Positions 9,760-19,404 of a stretch of 64,000 nucleotides of DNA are shown here, piece by piece. A program made the translations under genes and the position numbers. Every line of letters starts with the position of its first letter. Position 1 is the stretch's first letter. The DNA comes from Burkholderiales bacterium. GTDB lineage: Bacteria; Pseudomonadota; Gammaproteobacteria; Burkholderiales; SG8-41. The notes beneath the pieces are model-generated. The model did not search any database. It was not told the DNA's origin and saw only the letters and a program-made list of their open reading frames with translations. The DNA lies in the NCBI GenBank assembly GCA_022841375.1, contig JALHRQ010000016.1, positions 2,166-66,165 on the forward strand, in the 5' to 3' direction.

Positions 9760-10977
9760 TCAGCCTCCTGCCTGCATCGCGCGTTTGCCCGCGTGCAGCG
9801 CAAAAAGGGTCAACACGGCAATCACGATCACCAGGCCGAATGTGGCTGTATAACTGCCGATGGCCTTGTAGACCAGCGTAAATGCCGACGGCCCGGTGAG
9901 GATGCCGGCAAAATTCCAAACCATCGCGCCACCCGTCACCAGACTCACCTGGCCCGGCGGACTGCGTCGAGCCACTTCGGCGGTATACAAGCCGTTCCAG
10001 CCAATCGCCGTCGCGCCAAATACGGCATACAGCAGCGCGGTCAGCCAAACCGGCCAGCCTGGCGCGAGAAAAAACACCGCCGCACAGCAGGCCACGGAAC
10101 CCAATGTCAGATACTGCAAAGCAGCCATGCAATTGCCACTGCGATCAGCCAGCCAGCCCCAGGCAATGCGGCCGAGCACGCCGAATATCTGCGCCACCGA
10201 CAGCATCAGCCCCGCCTCGATCAGTGTGTAACCACCTTCACCGACCAGCATCACCACGGTAAACGTGCTGACACATAACTGGATGAATGCCAGACAAAAA
10301 GCGGCAACACCGAGCCAGCGCAACGCCGGCATCCGCCACACCAGCAATACGCCGTCGAACACCCGGGCCTGCACCGGAAGGTCGGGACGCCGGTCGTCAT
10401 CCCAAAGCCGGCGTGACGGTTGTATCGCCAGCAGCGTGATCAGCGACGACACCAGCACCAGCACCAGCGCCCAGTGCCAGCCCCAGGTCAGGGTGACTGC
10501 CGGCGCGATCAGCGCCATCAACGCCCAGGCCAGCGGCACGCCGGTCTGCTTCAGTGAAAAGATGAAATTGCGGTGCTGCGGCGGGCTGAAGCGGAACAGC
10601 AGGTGTGCCGCAGCCGGCAGGTTGATGCTCATCGCCGCGCCGATAAAAACCGAAGCAACAACCAGCGACCACACACTGCCATGCAAGGCAACCGCCATGC
10701 CCAGCACGCAACAGGCCATGCCGAACTGCGTGGTACGGCATCCGCCGTAACGCGCGACCATCCAGGTGAATAACATCGACCCTATCATCGCCGCGCCATA
10801 GATCACGCTCATCTGATAACCGATCAGCGAAGCCTCGACGCCCAGATTGCGCGCAAGCTCCGGGGCGATCACCGGAAAAACGGCGGCACCCATGGCGCCA
10901 GCCACCTGTGCCGCAGTGGTGGCCGCGACTACAGCGGCAACCGTGCGCGCCGGATAAGCTTCCTGCTCAAGGCTCAT
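9760..10977 (-). CDS. MFS transporter
   Basis: About 12 TM; RNFIFSLKQTGVP, GWLADRSG and GWNG. ATG 10977 overlaps the upstream stop (ATGA). Confidence 0.9.
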   Translation of the reverse strand: MSLEQEAYPARTVAAVVAATTAAQVAGAMGAAVFPVIAPELARNLGVEASLIGYQMSVIYGAAMIGSMLFTWMVARYGGCRTTQFGMACCVLGMAVALHGSVWSLVVASVFIGAAMSINLPAAAHLLFRFSPPQHRNFIFSLKQTGVPLAWALMALIAPAVTLTWGWHWALVLVLVSSLITLLAIQPSRRLWDDDRRPDLPVQARVFDGVLLVWRMPALRWLGVAAFCLAFIQLCVSTFTVVMLVGEGGYTLIEAGLMLSVAQIFGVLGRIAWGWLADRSGNCMAALQYLTLGSVACCAAVFFLAPGWPVWLTALLYAVFGATAIGWNGLYTAEVARRSPPGQVSLVTGGAMVWNFAGILTGPSAFTLVYKAIGSYTATFGLVIVIAVLTLFALHAGKRAMQAGG

Positions 10978-12191
10978 GACGCCCGATCCGCGCGTACCGC
11001 GCATGCGGCCAGCGCGGCACTGAGCAGCGCGCCAATCGCCAGAAAGCCGAACATTGACGTGTAACTGCCAATACTGCGGTACGCCAGCGCAAACAGCGCG
11101 GGGCCCGCCAGAATGCCGGCAAAAATCCACACCATCACACCACCGGTCGCAACACTGACCATGCCGGGCGGACTGAGCCGCGCAATCTGCGCATGCATGA
11201 CGCCGTTCCAGCCATAAGCCACGACGCCGAAAAACATATAGAACAATGCCAGCGCAAACGCCGGCCACGTCGCCGAAATAAATACGCTGACGATGCAACC
11301 CGCAGCGGCGGCAACGCTGGTCAGAATCAGCACCGTGATCGCGTGGCTGCTGCGATCGGCAATCCAGCCGAACGCCAGCCTGCCCGCCATGCCGGCAATC
11401 TGCACCATGGACAGCATCACGCCGGCAGCAACCAGGCTGTAGCCGACGTCATGCACCAGCAGATTGACCGTAAAAGTGCCGATACACAGCTGCACCAGCG
11501 AAAAAAAGAAAGCGGCGAAACCCAGATAACGCAGCGTCGGATATCGCCACAGCAAAATCACGCCGCTCAGCAGATTGGTGAGCCCCGCCGCATGCGGATC
11601 ACGGTCATCGTCCCAGAACCGGCGCCACCGTTCGAGCTGCAGCGCAGTGACAACCGCGTACGCCAATATCAGCAGCAGCGGAACCCGCCAGCCCAAAGAC
11701 AGCGTCAATACGGGCGCCACCAGCGCAATAGCCGCCCAACCCAGCGGCACCCCCGTCTGCTTGATCGAAAAAATCAGATTGCGATGCTGCGGCGGTGCGA
11801 AGCGGAACAGCAGATGCGCGGCGCCGGCTGCTGCCAGCGCATTGCTGGTACCGATACATAATGCCGCCAGCGGCATCAGCCATAACTCTCCTGCCAATGC
11901 GGCAATCATCCCCGCGGCCGACAGCCACAACGCCCCCTGCATGGTCCGGCATGCCCCCCAGCGCAGGACTACGGTGCCGACAACCCCGGAGGCCAGCATC
12001 GCCGCGCCGAACAGCAGGCTGATCTGATAACCTACGTAGGAGGCATCAACATCAAGCATGCGCGCGAGGTGCGGCGCCATCACCGGAAATATGGCAATGC
12101 CCATGGCCGATGCGATCTGCGCCGCAGTTGTCGCCAGCACCACGACAGGAACCGAGGGCTGCAGTTCGGAAGCGGTTAGCGGCACATTCAT
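10974..12191 (-). CDS. MFS transporter
   Basis: About 12 TM; RNLIFSIKQTGVP, GWIADRS and GWNG. Confidence 0.9.
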   Translation of the reverse strand: MNVPLTASELQPSVPVVVLATTAAQIASAMGIAIFPVMAPHLARMLDVDASYVGYQISLLFGAAMLASGVVGTVVLRWGACRTMQGALWLSAAGMIAALAGELWLMPLAALCIGTSNALAAAGAAHLLFRFAPPQHRNLIFSIKQTGVPLGWAAIALVAPVLTLSLGWRVPLLLILAYAVVTALQLERWRRFWDDDRDPHAAGLTNLLSGVILLWRYPTLRYLGFAAFFFSLVQLCIGTFTVNLLVHDVGYSLVAAGVMLSMVQIAGMAGRLAFGWIADRSSHAITVLILTSVAAAAGCIVSVFISATWPAFALALFYMFFGVVAYGWNGVMHAQIARLSPPGMVSVATGGVMVWIFAGILAGPALFALAYRSIGSYTSMFGFLAIGALLSAALAACAVRADRAS

Positions 12192-13402
12192 GCAGCACTC
12201 CGGCTATGTGCTGCGGCGCGCTGCGCCAGTCTCAGCAATCCGAGCGCGGCCAATGCAATACCCGGAACCAGCAAAAACGTCTGACTGTAACTGCCGATGC
12301 CGCCGTAGGCCGCGGCGAATGCCGCGGGGCCGATCAGCACGCCGGCGAATACAAAGAACGTGGTTCCAGCCGCCACCACACTGGCCATTCCTTGAGGACT
12401 GAGCCGCGCAGCTTCGGCATGAAACACACCGTTCCAACCCACTGCGCTGGCGCCGATGACAAAAAACAGCAGGTAAATCAGCACTCGATTCCAGCCGGGA
12501 TCGAAATAAACCAGGACCAGCGTCGAGGTCAATGTAACCACGCAGATGATCATCAGCACGGTCAGACTGCTGCCCAGGCGATCGGCCACCCACCCCCAGC
12601 AGATGCGTGACGCCGAACCGCCAACCTGCACCACCGAAAGCAATACGCCGGCTTCCACCAATCCCAATCCGCCCTCAGCCACCAGATAAATCACGGTAAA
12701 ACTCAGCACAATGCGCTGGATGCCGGAAAAAATCATCGCCACCAGGGAAATCCAGCGCAGGCTGCTCCGTCGCCACACCAGCGGCACGCCGCCAAATGCG
12801 GCTTTTTTGCCGCCGCCGTCACCGCGCAGGTCGCTGTCCCAGATTACGCGATGACGCTGAATGAAAACCAGCAGCACGACGATCAGCCCCCCGATCACCA
12901 CCAGCGACCAGCGATAACCGAAATGCACGGCAATGCCGGGCGCCGTCAGGGCGGTGATGACGCCGCCGACGGGCACGCCAGTCTGCTTGATCGAGAACAT
13001 GATGTTGCGTCGTTCCGGCGGCGTGTAAGTGACCAGCATATGGGCTGCTGCAGGGTTGATCATGCCCATCCCCATCCCGACCGCGGCTGAACCGAGCGCG
13101 ACGGCCGCGACGTTAGGCACCGCAAAAAGGGCCAGACCCAACCCGCAGCACAATATCGACAACTGGGTGGCGCGGGCCGCGCCACAACGCAGAACGACAT
13201 TGCCGCCAAACATGGTGGCCAGTGTTGCGACGCCAAAAGTCAGACTCACCTGATAACCGATCAAAATCGGGCTGACGCCCAGCGCTTCGGCCAGTTTGGG
13301 CGCAATCGTGGGCAGCAGGATGTTCGACATCGCCACAATCATCTGCGCGATGGTCGCAACGGCAAGAACCGTCCAGGGGCCGGGCATGGCAACAGCTTTC
13401 AT
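12188..13402 (-). CDS. MFS transporter
   Basis: About 12 TM; RNIMFSIKQTGVP, GWVADRLG and GWNG. Start uncertain (13402 or 13387). Confidence 0.88.
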   Translation of the reverse strand: MKAVAMPGPWTVLAVATIAQMIVAMSNILLPTIAPKLAEALGVSPILIGYQVSLTFGVATLATMFGGNVVLRCGAARATQLSILCCGLGLALFAVPNVAAVALGSAAVGMGMGMINPAAAHMLVTYTPPERRNIMFSIKQTGVPVGGVITALTAPGIAVHFGYRWSLVVIGGLIVVLLVFIQRHRVIWDSDLRGDGGGKKAAFGGVPLVWRRSSLRWISLVAMIFSGIQRIVLSFTVIYLVAEGGLGLVEAGVLLSVVQVGGSASRICWGWVADRLGSSLTVLMIICVVTLTSTLVLVYFDPGWNRVLIYLLFFVIGASAVGWNGVFHAEAARLSPQGMASVVAAGTTFFVFAGVLIGPAAFAAAYGGIGSYSQTFLLVPGIALAALGLLRLAQRAAAHSRSAA

Positions 13403-13577
13403 CACGACCGGTCTTTTAAGGGGAAAACTTGTATTCGGAGGAATACCGGCATTGTGGTGAGTGCCGCAGTCCGGCGCAAGCCGGGTTTTCACGATGCGGT
13501 CTTGCGGGACCGTCGACCAAAAATTGGCAACTTATTCCGCAACTCCGGAATGTCTGCGATAACACCCTGCCGCACCG

Positions 13578-13606
13578 TTGACATGTCAGATATCCGCTTC
13601 TAAGAT
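13578..13606 (+). promoter_or_regulatory. Sigma70-type promoter TTGACA-N17-TAAGAT with overlapping palindrome TGACATGTCA (candidate GntR operator)
   Basis: -35 at 13578-13583, -10 at 13601-13606, perfect 10-bp palindrome at 13579-13588; GntR ATG at 13615. Confidence 0.7.
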
Positions 13607-13614
13607 TTCACAAA

Positions 13615-14310
13615 ATGGTCGCCACCGTCAAAACCATTCCGCTGCTCAGCGAGCGCGCCTACGACCGCGTGAAACATGACATCATCTGCTGTCTGTTCAC
13701 GCCGGGAAGCGAAATCTCCGAAGCCCGGTTATGCGCCCAGTACAAACTGGGCAAAGCGCCTGTGCGCATGGCGCTGTCACGACTGGCTCATGACGGCCTG
13801 GTGCGCGCGATTCCTCGGCGCGGCTACATGGTCACCCCGGTCACGCTGAAAGACATCCAGGACGTTTTCGAATTGCGGTTGCTGCTCGAACCGCCCGCCG
13901 CCCGGCTGGCCGCAGGCCGTGTTGACGCCAAGCGGCTGCGCCTGCTCGATGAAATCTGCCGCGCCGGCTACCAGTCGGATGAGCCGAAAAGCATCGTACG
14001 TTTTCTCGAAGCCAACAAGGAATTCCATGTCGCGATTGCACAAGCTGCCGGCAATGCCCGCCTCGTGCACTCTATCGATCAACTGCTCGACGAAATGACC
14101 CGGCTGCTGCATCTGGGTCTCGGCGTACGCAACCGCTCCCAGGAAATGCAGCACGAACACCGCACGCTGCTGCGCGCACTGGTGCGCGGCGACGGCGCGA
14201 CAGCTGAACAGATCTGCCGCGAACAGATTGAAGCCGCCCGCGACATGGTGCTTAAAGCCATCATGAACAGCAACGCCGTGATGAATTTTGCGCTCACTGC
14301 CGACGCCTGA
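13615..14310 (+). CDS. GntR family (FCD/FadR-type) transcriptional regulator
   Basis: N-terminal wHTH (SERAYDRVK...PVRMALSRLAHDGLV...PRRG) and FCD domain (NKEFH...GN...EH). Confidence 0.93.
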   Translation: MVATVKTIPLLSERAYDRVKHDIICCLFTPGSEISEARLCAQYKLGKAPVRMALSRLAHDGLVRAIPRRGYMVTPVTLKDIQDVFELRLLLEPPAARLAAGRVDAKRLRLLDEICRAGYQSDEPKSIVRFLEANKEFHVAIAQAAGNARLVHSIDQLLDEMTRLLHLGLGVRNRSQEMQHEHRTLLRALVRGDGATAEQICREQIEAARDMVLKAIMNSNAVMNFALTADA

Positions 14311-14312
14311 TC

Positions 14313-14813
14313 ATGCAAGCACCGCTACAACGACTGGTTAATCGTCTTGACGCCGCAGTTGCCGCCCCGCATGAAGAATTGCCGGACGCCGTCACTACCG
14401 CGCTGGGTGAAGCGCTCGCCGCCGGTGCCTGGCTGTCACCCGAACAACAGCGAGCGAGCCATGACCGTTACGCCCGGCACTTGGTTTATGCCGACCCCGG
14501 GAACCGTTACACCATTGTCTCGATAGCCTGGGGCAGCGGCCAGCAAAGTCCCATTCACGGCCACCACACCTGGTGCGGCCTCGCGGTCTACAGCGGGACC
14601 GTGGTCGAAACCTTTTACGAATCAGCCGGAAACAATGCCCCGCCCCGCGCGTTGCGCAGCCTGGTGCGGCAGCCCGGCACTCTCAGCTTCGATGTAGACC
14701 TTACCGGCGCGCACCGCATCGCCAATGCCGCGCCCGAAGTGGCTGTTTCCATCCATGTTTACGGTGTCGGCGGAGCACGCATCGCCACCGACGTCAATCG
14801 CGTTTTGGGTTAG
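14313..14813 (+). CDS. Cysteine/thiol dioxygenase family cupin
   Basis: YARHL, W-GSGQQSPIHGH, HRIAN and SIHVY motifs of the 3-His thiol dioxygenases. Confidence 0.85.
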   Translation: MQAPLQRLVNRLDAAVAAPHEELPDAVTTALGEALAAGAWLSPEQQRASHDRYARHLVYADPGNRYTIVSIAWGSGQQSPIHGHHTWCGLAVYSGTVVETFYESAGNNAPPRALRSLVRQPGTLSFDVDLTGAHRIANAAPEVAVSIHVYGVGGARIATDVNRVLG

Positions 14814-14913
14814 GCGAATCGCGAAACAGGATTCATAATTACACAGTTGCCGAAGCGCACACCGCAGCTGCGTCCGGCACAGCATCACCATTATTATCCC
14901 ACGGAGAAATGCA

Positions 14914-15918
14914 ATGAAAGCAGTCGTCCTTCGCGAACACGGCGGTCTCGACAAACTGGAATACGTGACCAACTTCCCCGATCCCACGGTCTGCGAAGGC
15001 CATGTCGTCATCCGGGTTAAAGCCACTTCGTTCAACTACCACGATGTTTTCACGGTTCGCGGCATGCCCGGCATCAAGGTGCCGTTCCCGATGATCATCG
15101 GCCTTGATCTGGCCGGCGAAATCCTCGAAGTCGGCCCCGGCGTCTCCGGCTGGAAAGCCGGGGACCGGGTGCTGGTCAACCCGCTGAACAAGAAAAAGGG
15201 CCTGATGGGTGAAATGATGCACGGCGGGCTCGCCGAGAAATGTCTGGTTTCCGCTGATCAGCTGATCAAGATGCCCGCCAACGTCAGTTTTGAGCAGGCC
15301 GCCTCGCTGCCGGTCGCTTACGGCACTGCGCATCGCATGATCATCACCCACAACACCATCAAGAAGGGCGACAAGGTGCTGGTGCTCGGTGCCAGCGGCG
15401 GCGTCGGCACCGGCTGCGTGCTGCTCGCCAAGATGCTGGGTGCGGAAGTCATTGCCTGCGCCTCCAGCGCGGACAAGATCCAGCGCCTCAAGGACCTCGG
15501 TGCCGACCATGTGATCAACTACAAGGAAACCGACTTCTCGAAATGGGCTGTCGAAAAATTCGGCAAACCGCAGCGCCGCAACTACGAAGGCGGTGTCGAT
15601 GTGGTCATCAACTTCACCGGCGGCGACACCTGGGCGCCTTCGCTGAAATGCGTCAAGCGTGGCGGCAAGATCCTGGTCTGCGGCGCCACCGCGGGCTACG
15701 ACCCCAAGGAAGACCTGCGCTACATCTGGAGCTTCGAACTGCAGGTCGTCGGCTCGAACAGCTTCTATGACGACAACCTGAAAGCGCTGATGGACCTGAT
15801 CCAGGAAGGCAAGATGAAGCCGGTAATCGACGAAGTGCTGCCGCTGGAAAAGGCCGCACAGGGCCTGAAGCTGATCGAAGACCGCGAAGTCTTCGGCAAA
15901 GTCATCATCACCCCCTGA
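14914..15918 (+). CDS. MDR-superfamily NAD(P)H-dependent oxidoreductase (quinone/enoyl reductase-like)
   Basis: GroES-like domain, GLDLAGE, LPVAYGTA, GASGGVG and FGKVII; Zn-binding Cys ligands not evident. Confidence 0.9.
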   Translation: MKAVVLREHGGLDKLEYVTNFPDPTVCEGHVVIRVKATSFNYHDVFTVRGMPGIKVPFPMIIGLDLAGEILEVGPGVSGWKAGDRVLVNPLNKKKGLMGEMMHGGLAEKCLVSADQLIKMPANVSFEQAASLPVAYGTAHRMIITHNTIKKGDKVLVLGASGGVGTGCVLLAKMLGAEVIACASSADKIQRLKDLGADHVINYKETDFSKWAVEKFGKPQRRNYEGGVDVVINFTGGDTWAPSLKCVKRGGKILVCGATAGYDPKEDLRYIWSFELQVVGSNSFYDDNLKALMDLIQEGKMKPVIDEVLPLEKAAQGLKLIEDREVFGKVIITP

Positions 15919-15928
15919 TCGGAAAGCC

Positions 15929-17473
15929 ATGGCTGTTCCCCGTCCTGAACCACGGGGTTACCCGGGCAATCTGGGGGCCCCGTTCAGCGCGCATGCCGGA
16001 AGCACACGCACCGCGCTGGTCGACTTGCGTAACCCCGGGTCAGCGCGGGAGCACAGCTTTGCCGCTCTTGATGCGCAGGCTGATGCCGTTGCGCGGGGCC
16101 TGATCCGTCGCGGTCTGAAAGCCGGGGACCGCATCTGCATCCTGTCGTTGAATCGCATCGAGTTCGTCACCACACTGCTCGGCGCAATGCGCGCCGGTAT
16201 GATTCCGGTGCCGGTCAACATCAAGCTGGCCGCCGAAACCGTAGGCTATATCGCCGGCGATGCCGGTGCAAAACTGGCGTTTTGCGAACCGGCCTACCGT
16301 CACCTGCTGCCGCCGGATCTACCGTACGTCAGCTTTGACGGCAGCACTTCGTTCGCGGACTTCCTCGACGCAGGCCCGTTCACACCGGTCGAACCCGGTC
16401 CCGATACCGTCGCCATCCAGCCCTACACCTCGGGTTCGACCGGCAAACCCAAAGGCGTGCTGCTCAGTCACTACGGCCAGAACTGGAGCCGCCGGATACT
16501 GGCGCACACCCGCGGCACCAGCGATCAGGATGTCATCCTTGTGGCGGCGCCGCTTTATCACAAGAATGCGTTGAACGCGATCAAGCAGGGCCTGACCGCC
16601 GGCGCGACATTGGTGCTGATGCCGCAGTTCAATGTCGAACACTACATTGCCGCCATCGCACGTTTTCACTGCACGGTAATTTCGGGCGTGCCGACGATGA
16701 TCTCGATGCTGCTCGCGCGCAAGGATCTGCTCGCGCATACCGACACCACTTCGGTACGCACCGTGATGATGGGTTCTGCACCGTCCTCCCCGCAGTTGCT
16801 GTCCGACATCCGCATACATTTTCCCAATGCCGAACCGCTGGTGGTCTACGGCGTCACCGAAGGCGGCCCGGTGCCGCTGGGGCCGCATCCTGACCACAAA
16901 CCCCGTCCGACGGGCTCCATTGGCGTACCCTATCCCGGCACCGAAGCGAAGCTTATCAACGGACCGAATGCCGACGAGGGTGAACTGCTGCTCAAAAATC
17001 CCGGCATCCTGCTTGGCTACCACAACCTTCCGGACGAATCGGCAAAACGGCTGCAAGGCGGCTGGTATCACACCGGCGATGTGTGCCGTCGCGACGCCGA
17101 GGAGTTCTACTTTTTTGTCGGCCGCACCGACGACATGTTTGTTTGTGGCGGTGAAAACATCTTTCCCATCGAAGTGGAGCGCCTGCTGGAACGCCACCCG
17201 GCCGTGCATCAGGCCTGCGTGATGCCCTTCAGCCACGAGCTCAAAGGCCAGGTGCCGTATGCCTTCATCGTGCTGCGCAGCGGACACAACGCGACCGAGG
17301 ACGACATCCGCCAGTTCGCGCTGACCAATGGCCCGGTTTACCAGCACCCGCGGCGCGTGTTTTTCCTCGAACAGCTGCCGCTCGCCGGCACCAACAAGAT
17401 CGACCGTGAACGGCTGCGTGGCATTGTCGCAGCCGCCGGAAACAGTGTTGAGAAGAATTCATCAGCAGCCTGA
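15929..17473 (+). CDS. Class I adenylate-forming enzyme (acyl-CoA synthetase)
   Basis: YTSGSTGKPKG, YGVTEG, WYHTGD, GRTDD...GGENIFP and NKIDR. Confidence 0.93.
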   Translation: MAVPRPEPRGYPGNLGAPFSAHAGSTRTALVDLRNPGSAREHSFAALDAQADAVARGLIRRGLKAGDRICILSLNRIEFVTTLLGAMRAGMIPVPVNIKLAAETVGYIAGDAGAKLAFCEPAYRHLLPPDLPYVSFDGSTSFADFLDAGPFTPVEPGPDTVAIQPYTSGSTGKPKGVLLSHYGQNWSRRILAHTRGTSDQDVILVAAPLYHKNALNAIKQGLTAGATLVLMPQFNVEHYIAAIARFHCTVISGVPTMISMLLARKDLLAHTDTTSVRTVMMGSAPSSPQLLSDIRIHFPNAEPLVVYGVTEGGPVPLGPHPDHKPRPTGSIGVPYPGTEAKLINGPNADEGELLLKNPGILLGYHNLPDESAKRLQGGWYHTGDVCRRDAEEFYFFVGRTDDMFVCGGENIFPIEVERLLERHPAVHQACVMPFSHELKGQVPYAFIVLRSGHNATEDDIRQFALTNGPVYQHPRRVFFLEQLPLAGTNKIDRERLRGIVAAAGNSVEKNSSAA

Positions 17474-17537
17474 TAATTTATAGGTTGCGCCCTGCCATCC
17501 AGTAGTCTTCAATCCAGAATCGAACCGGAGCCCCGTA

Positions 17538-17957
17538 ATGACCGACACCAAACTTTCCCTCGAACAACTGCAGAATCTGATCAGCCGCGGCCCGTTCAAT
17601 CAGTGGCTCAACTTCACCTTCCTTAAAGCCGATGACTCCGGCATCGAGGTCAAGGCGACCTGGCGCGAAGAATGGGTGGTCAACCCCGAGCGCAAATACA
17701 CCCATGGCGGCATCCTCGCGGCGATCGTCGACGTCGTTGCCGACTACGCGATTGCCGCGCAACTGGGCCGGCCGGTGCCAACCATCGACATCCGCGTCGA
17801 TTATCACAAAGCCGCCATGCCCGGCGACCTGACCGCCAAGGGCCGCGTCGTGCGCAGCGGCAGCCAGTATTCGACGGCGGAAGCCTATGTCTACGACAAA
17901 GACGGCGCGCTGGTCGCCAGCGGCCGTGGCACCTACTTCACCGCACCGCCGAAATAA
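17538..17957 (+). CDS. PaaI family hotdog thioesterase
   Basis: THGGILAAIVD, TIDIRVDY and VASGRGTY; RBS GGAG. Confidence 0.92.
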   Translation: MTDTKLSLEQLQNLISRGPFNQWLNFTFLKADDSGIEVKATWREEWVVNPERKYTHGGILAAIVDVVADYAIAAQLGRPVPTIDIRVDYHKAAMPGDLTAKGRVVRSGSQYSTAEAYVYDKDGALVASGRGTYFTAPPK

Positions 17958-17965
17958 GCCGATCA

Positions 17966-18778
17966 ATGCCCGAGGTTCTTGAAAACCGGATCCACGCCCG
18001 AGGCACCCCCCGCGCGCTGCGGCTCGACCTGCTGCTGCAGCGGGTCGCACTGGTCGGCATCATCCTTGGCGTGTGGTGGGTATTGGCGCTGGGGGTGCCG
18101 CACTACATCCTGCCCGGCCCGGTACGGGTATGGAATGCCTTGCAGCAGATTTCGTCCAATGGCGACCTGTGGAACAACCTCGGCATTACGCTCGGGCGCG
18201 TCGGCGCCGGTTTCATCCTCGCCACGGTGATCGGCCTGCCGCTGGGTATCCTGTTCGGCGCCAACCGCCGGCTCGGTGAATTCTTCGAGCCGATCATTCC
18301 CGTATTGAACACGGTGTCATCGGCGATCTGGGCGATTTTTGCAATCATCTGGTTCGGCGTTTCGAATGCCACCACGATCTTTGTCGTGTTCATGACCGCC
18401 ATGCCGCTGATCATCACCAACGTCTGGCAGGGCACGCGCACGGTCAACGCAGACTTCATTGAGCTGGCCCACGTGCTACGCATGCCGTCGTGGAAAGTGA
18501 TGGTCAAAATCTACCTGCCGACCATCCTGCCCTATTTCTTTTCGGGTGCGCGCCTCGCCTTCGGGTTTGGCTGGCGGGTGTCGCTGGTCGCCGAAACGCT
18601 GGGTTCCTCCAGCGGTGTAGGATACCGGCTGCGCCAGGCTGCCGATCTGATCCAGACCGATCAGGTGTTCGCCTGGACCCTGACCCTGGTGGTGATGATG
18701 GCCGCGCTCGAAATGGGCGTGCTGCGGCCGCTGGAAGACCACCTGTTCCGCTGGAAAAAGGAAGCCGAAAACCAATGA
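17966..18778 (+). CDS. NitT/TauT-type ABC transporter permease
   Basis: About 6 TM; LPGP, IYLPTILPYFFSGARL and VAETLG...GVGY. Start re-set to ATG 17966. Confidence 0.9.
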   Translation: MPEVLENRIHARGTPRALRLDLLLQRVALVGIILGVWWVLALGVPHYILPGPVRVWNALQQISSNGDLWNNLGITLGRVGAGFILATVIGLPLGILFGANRRLGEFFEPIIPVLNTVSSAIWAIFAIIWFGVSNATTIFVVFMTAMPLIITNVWQGTRTVNADFIELAHVLRMPSWKVMVKIYLPTILPYFFSGARLAFGFGWRVSLVAETLGSSSGVGYRLRQAADLIQTDQVFAWTLTLVVMMAALEMGVLRPLEDHLFRWKKEAENQ

Positions 18779-19404
18779 GCGCCTCCCGCAGCAGCAAGCC
18801 CCCCCGCCGCCTGATCGTGGCGATGACCGGCGCCTCCGGCTCGGTCTACGGCATCCGCATCCTCGAACGCCTGCGCGAGATCGGCGGCTGGGAAACCCAT
18901 CTCGTCGTGTCAGAAGCGGGTGTGCTCAACGCATTCCAGGAATACGGCATGGACCGCAAGGCGCTGCACAAACTCGCCGACGTCACCCACAACGTGCGCG
19001 ACATTGGCGCCACCATCGCCAGCGGCTCCTTCATCACCGCCGGCATGGTCATCGCGCCGTGCTCGATGAAAACCCTGGCCGGTGTCGCTCATGCTTTTGC
19101 CGACAACCTGATCACCCGCGCTGCAGATGTGATCCTCAAAGAAAGGCGCCGGCTGGTGCTGATCACCCGCGAGACGCCGCTGAACCTCGCCCACATCCGC
19201 AACATGGAAGTGGTGACGCTCATGGGCGGGGTGATTTTCCCGCCGGTACCGGCGTTTTACAGCGGCGGAAAAACCGTCGACGATCTGGTCAACCACTCCG
19301 TAGGCCGCGTGCTTGACCTGTTTGATGTCGAACACAACACCATCCCGCGCTGGACCGGCGTCACCGGCCCAGCCGAACTGAAAGACAAAAAGAAAAGCCA
19401 ATGA
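18775..19404 (+). CDS. ubiX: Flavin prenyltransferase UbiX
   Basis: AMTGASGS, IASGS, PCSMKTLA, NLITRAADV, RETPL and PAFY; ATGA overlap with the permease. Confidence 0.95.
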   Translation: MSASRSSKPPRRLIVAMTGASGSVYGIRILERLREIGGWETHLVVSEAGVLNAFQEYGMDRKALHKLADVTHNVRDIGATIASGSFITAGMVIAPCSMKTLAGVAHAFADNLITRAADVILKERRRLVLITRETPLNLAHIRNMEVVTLMGGVIFPPVPAFYSGGKTVDDLVNHSVGRVLDLFDVEHNTIPRWTGVTGPAELKDKKKSQ

